From an uncultured Candidatus Saccharibacteria bacterium (GTDB lineage Bacteria; Patescibacteriota; Saccharimonadia; Saccharimonadales; Saccharimonadaceae): 64,000 bases of DNA. Below are positions 60,680 through 64,000 of the stretch, one piece after another. The first letter of the stretch is position 1. Each line of letters opens with the position of its first letter. A program made the translations under genes and the position numbers. The stretch spans positions 17,972 to 81,971 of the forward strand of contig CAUPZG010000001.1 of assembly GCA_963516175.1 (NCBI GenBank). Direction: 5' to 3'. The notes under the pieces were generated by a model. The model was not told the origin of the DNA, did no database searches, and worked only from the letters and a program-made list of their open reading frames with translations.

Positions 60680-62317
60680 TCAATCTAATAAGGTTACGTG
60701 CAGCAACCGGCCCTCAACCGTCCGTACTCCCTGCCATTCGTTAATGGTCGGCTGAAACCACGCCATCACCTCGTCGCCTGGCTCGCGGAAAAATTCCTCT
60801 GGCGCGTTGAATGCCAGCATCTGTAGCACTCTGCCGTTGTTATCACGCAGCGCTAATTTAACGTGTTGCCCATCCGCGCCCATACGTCGCGCGCTCAGTA
60901 CGATAGCTGTAGTGATTTTTACGACAGGCTCGGGATTACCATTGCCAAACGGTTCCATTTTCGCCAGATTCTCCACCAAATCCTCGTCAATTTCCGAAAA
61001 ATCGTCAATTTCCACATCAGCTCGCGGCAACAAATATCGCTCCTGATTTGTAAGTTGTAGCGAATCATAAAACTCATTAACACGACGACGAAAATCACCA
61101 ATTTTTTCAGTCTCCAGCGTCACGCCCGCCGCCGCTCCGTGCCCGCCGCCTTTGATGATAATATCGTCCGCCGCCCGCACCGCATCTGCTGCTGAAAAAT
61201 CACCAAAACTACGCGCTGAACCAGTCGCTTCCTCGCCACGCTCGCCAATGATAAACACCGGCTTTTTATATTTCTCCACCAATTTCGACGCCACGATGCC
61301 GATAACGCCGTGATTCCAGCCATCACTACTCACTACCAATACGTGATCGTCAGCCAGCTCTTCAGCCTGCTGACATGCTTCCTCAAAAATCGCATCCTGA
61401 ATGCCGCGCCGTTTACCATTCAGCTCCTCCAGTTTCTCGCTCGCCTCCAGCGCCGCCAGCCCATCGTGCGCCGTTAGCATATCCAACGCATGCTGCGCCG
61501 TTTCCAGCCGACCCGCCGCATTCATGCGCGGCCCCAAGCCGAATCCCAAATGTCTGGCATTAACCCGCTCTGGTTCAATACCCGCCACCGTCATCAACGC
61601 CTTCAATCCTGGACGTTGTTGTTTTTTCAACACCTCTAAACCCCAATAGACATTTGCCCGATTTTCATCCACCAGTGTCACAATGTCACAGACTGTGCCC
61701 AGTGCCACCAAATCCAGCAGCCATTTTTCATAGCCATCAGGCAGGCCGTCCAGCTCAGTCTGCAGCGCCTGCACCAACTTGAACGCCACACCCGCACCGC
61801 ACAAATCACGAAACGGATAGGTATGACCAGGAAATTTTGGATTCACCGCTGCCACGCTCGGGGGTGGAGTCTCGGCGACATTATGATGATCCGTCACCAC
61901 CGTATCAATCCCCAAGCTCGACGCATAGGCAATTTCCGCATGACACAAACTACCAGTATCCACTGTCACGATCAAATCCGCGCCCATGTCGCGCACCTTG
62001 TCCACCGCACCCATGGTCATACCATAACCCTCAACAAACCGGTTCGGGATGAAGGCGTCGACATCCTTAAACCCAAACTTACCGAACGCATCCAACAGCA
62101 GTGCCGTGGCGCTCAGCCCATCAATATCATAATCACCGTAAATGACGATTTTTTCGCCCTGTTCCCTAGCCCGCTTCAACCGCGCCACCGCCTTTTTCAT
62201 GTCCGGCAGCAAAAACGGATCATGCTTCACCGCCGTATAATCCGGCTGTAAAAAAGCCTCGCGCGCTACCCGCGTTGTCAAACCGCGCGCTGTCAAAATC
62301 CGCTCAAATAAGGTCAT
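60680..62317 (-). CDS. recJ: Single-stranded DNA exonuclease RecJ
   Basis: YGDYDIDG, TDHH, LGPRMNAAGRL, GGHGAAAG, EPFGNGNP. Confidence 0.97.
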   Translation of the reverse strand: MTLFERILTARGLTTRVAREAFLQPDYTAVKHDPFLLPDMKKAVARLKRAREQGEKIVIYGDYDIDGLSATALLLDAFGKFGFKDVDAFIPNRFVEGYGMTMGAVDKVRDMGADLIVTVDTGSLCHAEIAYASSLGIDTVVTDHHNVAETPPPSVAAVNPKFPGHTYPFRDLCGAGVAFKLVQALQTELDGLPDGYEKWLLDLVALGTVCDIVTLVDENRANVYWGLEVLKKQQRPGLKALMTVAGIEPERVNARHLGFGLGPRMNAAGRLETAQHALDMLTAHDGLAALEASEKLEELNGKRRGIQDAIFEEACQQAEELADDHVLVVSSDGWNHGVIGIVASKLVEKYKKPVFIIGERGEEATGSARSFGDFSAADAVRAADDIIIKGGGHGAAAGVTLETEKIGDFRRRVNEFYDSLQLTNQERYLLPRADVEIDDFSEIDEDLVENLAKMEPFGNGNPEPVVKITTAIVLSARRMGADGQHVKLALRDNNGRVLQMLAFNAPEEFFREPGDEVMAWFQPTINEWQGVRTVEGRLLHVTLLD

Positions 62318-62619
62318 CAATCTCTATCAACCGAGCCGCGCTTCGGTCGTGCTGCATGTTGCTGCGACTTAATTACCATACTCTGTAATTCCTTGAAAAT
62401 CGGGAATTGTTTATTCGTAAAATATGCCCGCGAGTTACCCTGCTTCTCGCTCCTGAGAAAGCCGACCTTCTCCAGCCGCTTGAGCTCGCGCTGAATATTA
62501 CCGGGATCTTCCTTGATCAACTTCGCCAGACCACGGACATGCGTATGAAAATCAGGATACTTGGCATACACAACTACGATTTTGCGCCGCACCCTAGATG
62601 TAATAAAAATGTCGAGCAT
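62317..62619 (-). CDS. Winged helix-turn-helix DNA-binding protein
   Basis: HVRGLAKLIKEDPGNIQRELKRLEKVGFLRSEKQGN; stop overlaps the recJ start. Confidence 0.82.
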   Translation of the reverse strand: MLDIFITSRVRRKIVVVYAKYPDFHTHVRGLAKLIKEDPGNIQRELKRLEKVGFLRSEKQGNSRAYFTNKQFPIFKELQSMVIKSQQHAARPKRGSVDRD

Positions 62620-62786
62620 TCTCTCCCCATATTCCCTTTCGTTACCACTCAGTGTATCACAATTTTACAACACCCGACAAGCTTTTTTAGCAATATATAC
62701 ACCCCACCTCATAAGCATACACACCCGCCATGGCAAAACGCTCATGATTATGCTCAGCCGGCCTGCAGGGTATAATAAAGCAAGAC

Positions 62787-64000
62787 ATGTACTACTATTT
62801 GGTATCACCGATCAAGATTATTCGAGCCGATGCGCACTCATTTACCTATGCCTGCCCCGAGCGGCTGTCGGTCGGGGCACTCGTGGTTATAGAAGTTGGC
62901 TCAGCTCAATGCGTTGGTATCATTATGTCAGCGGTCGTCAAGCCTGAGTTTACAGTTAAAGAAATTATCCAGATTTTAGATGACGCTCCCGTCCCGCTAC
63001 CGCTCATCCAGACGGCTCTGTGGATGAGTAACTATTATCATACGCACCTCACAACCGTCTGGCAAACCATCCTGCCACGCGGTTTGACGAAAAAGCGCCG
63101 CCATATACCCGCACGCGCCACCAGTCCACAGCCCTCACAACCACCGACGACAGCTCTTACGACCGACCAAAGAGCCGCCATCACTACCATTGATGATATG
63201 CTGCCCGGTAGCGCTTTACTACATGGCGTGACCGGATCTGGCAAGACGCGTGTCTACATTGAGCTCGCCCGGCGGTTGATGGATGAGGGGTTATCGTCAA
63301 TTATTCTGGTGCCAGAGATTGCCCTTACCTCACAGCTCGTTAACGAATTTGCGAGATATTTCGACAATGTTGTCCTCACCCACTCGCGCCAGACTGAAGC
63401 CGAGCGACACGTGACTTGGCAACATGTTATCAATTCACGAGACCCGCTCATCGTCATTGGCCCTCGATCAGCCCTGTTCATGCCCGTCCAGCAGCTGGGC
63501 CTCGTCGTTATTGATGAATGCCACGAGCCCAGCTTCAAGCAAGAGCAATCGCCCCGCTATTCAGCGCTGCGTACTGCGGCCATCCTCGCTCGCCAGCATG
63601 AAGCTAAACTCGTCCTCGGCAGCGCTACTCCTGCCGTCAGCGATTACTTCCTGGCAAAAACCACTGGCCGGCCCATCATCGCCATGCCCACGCCCGCCCG
63701 CTCAGACGCCGTCAAGCCACACATCTCGCTGGTCGACATGACCAAGCGCACGAACTTTACTCAGCATTTCTTCCTCTCCGACCAGCTACTCTCGGCTATC
63801 ACCAATTCGCTGAATGATGGTAATCAAGCCCTCATTTTTCACAATCGCCGCGGCACCGCCGCCATTACCCTATGCGAACAATGTGGCTGGAACGCCGGCT
63901 GTCCGCGCTGTTTTGTACCGCTTACATTACACGCCGACCAGCACCAGCTCCTCTGTCATATCTGTGGCTTCAGAGCGCCCGTCCCTACCAGCTGTCCCGA
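62787..64000 (+). CDS. priA: Primosomal protein N' (PriA), truncated by the window edge
   Basis: Translated by hand from ATG 62787 (MYYYLVSP): HGVTGSGKT, LVPEIALT, IDECHEPSFKQ..PRY, GSATP, NRRG, CEQCG..CPRC..CHICG zinc region. Confidence 0.95.
   Translation, partial: MYYYLVSPIKIIRADAHSFTYACPERLSVGALVVIEVGSAQCVGIIMSAVVKPEFTVKEIIQILDDAPVPLPLIQTALWMSNYYHTHLTTVWQTILPRGLTKKRRHIPARATSPQPSQPPTTALTTDQRAAITTIDDMLPGSALLHGVTGSGKTRVYIELARRLMDEGLSSIILVPEIALTSQLVNEFARYFDNVVLTHSRQTEAERHVTWQHVINSRDPLIVIGPRSALFMPVQQLGLVVIDECHEPSFKQEQSPRYSALRTAAILARQHEAKLVLGSATPAVSDYFLAKTTGRPIIAMPTPARSDAVKPHISLVDMTKRTNFTQHFFLSDQLLSAITNSLNDGNQALIFHNRRGTAAITLCEQCGWNAGCPRCFVPLTLHADQHQLLCHICGFRAPVPTSCP

Overview
A gene-dense bacterial chromosome segment, mostly minus-strand, read with genetic code 11 (TGA stops are used and RF2 is present). 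The compact gene content is most consistent with Candidatus Saccharibacteria (TM7/Patescibacteria); this is an inference, not a database result. Core genes cover division and envelope (ctpA, CHAP hydrolase, ftsEX, murD, uppP, uppS, LCP, ftsA, ftsZ), translation (prfA, prfB, prmC, serS, proS, ileS, tsf, rpsB, frr, rpmE, rplU, rpsU, hpf, map), secretion (secA, lepB) and DNA metabolism (recF, recJ, priA, parA, parB, nrdR). These are interspersed with orphan ORFs and a 1278-aa repeat-rich surface protein ending in an LADTG sorting signal. No rRNA, tRNA, CRISPR array or transposase was seen. Main signals: (1) an Ile T-box riboswitch whose first two downstream genes are a 2H phosphoesterase and an inositol monophosphatase, ahead of ileS; (2) a 118-nt concentric palindrome sitting in frame inside ileS; (3) extended -10 boxes 6-10 nt before many start codons, suggesting widespread leaderless transcription; (4) absence of zinc-binding cysteines in NrdR, IleRS, SecA and L31; (5) tandem NrdR-box-like palindromes in the greA leader; (6) orphan genes sharing a distinct promoter motif, plus HigB/RelE-like and RyR-like orphan domains.
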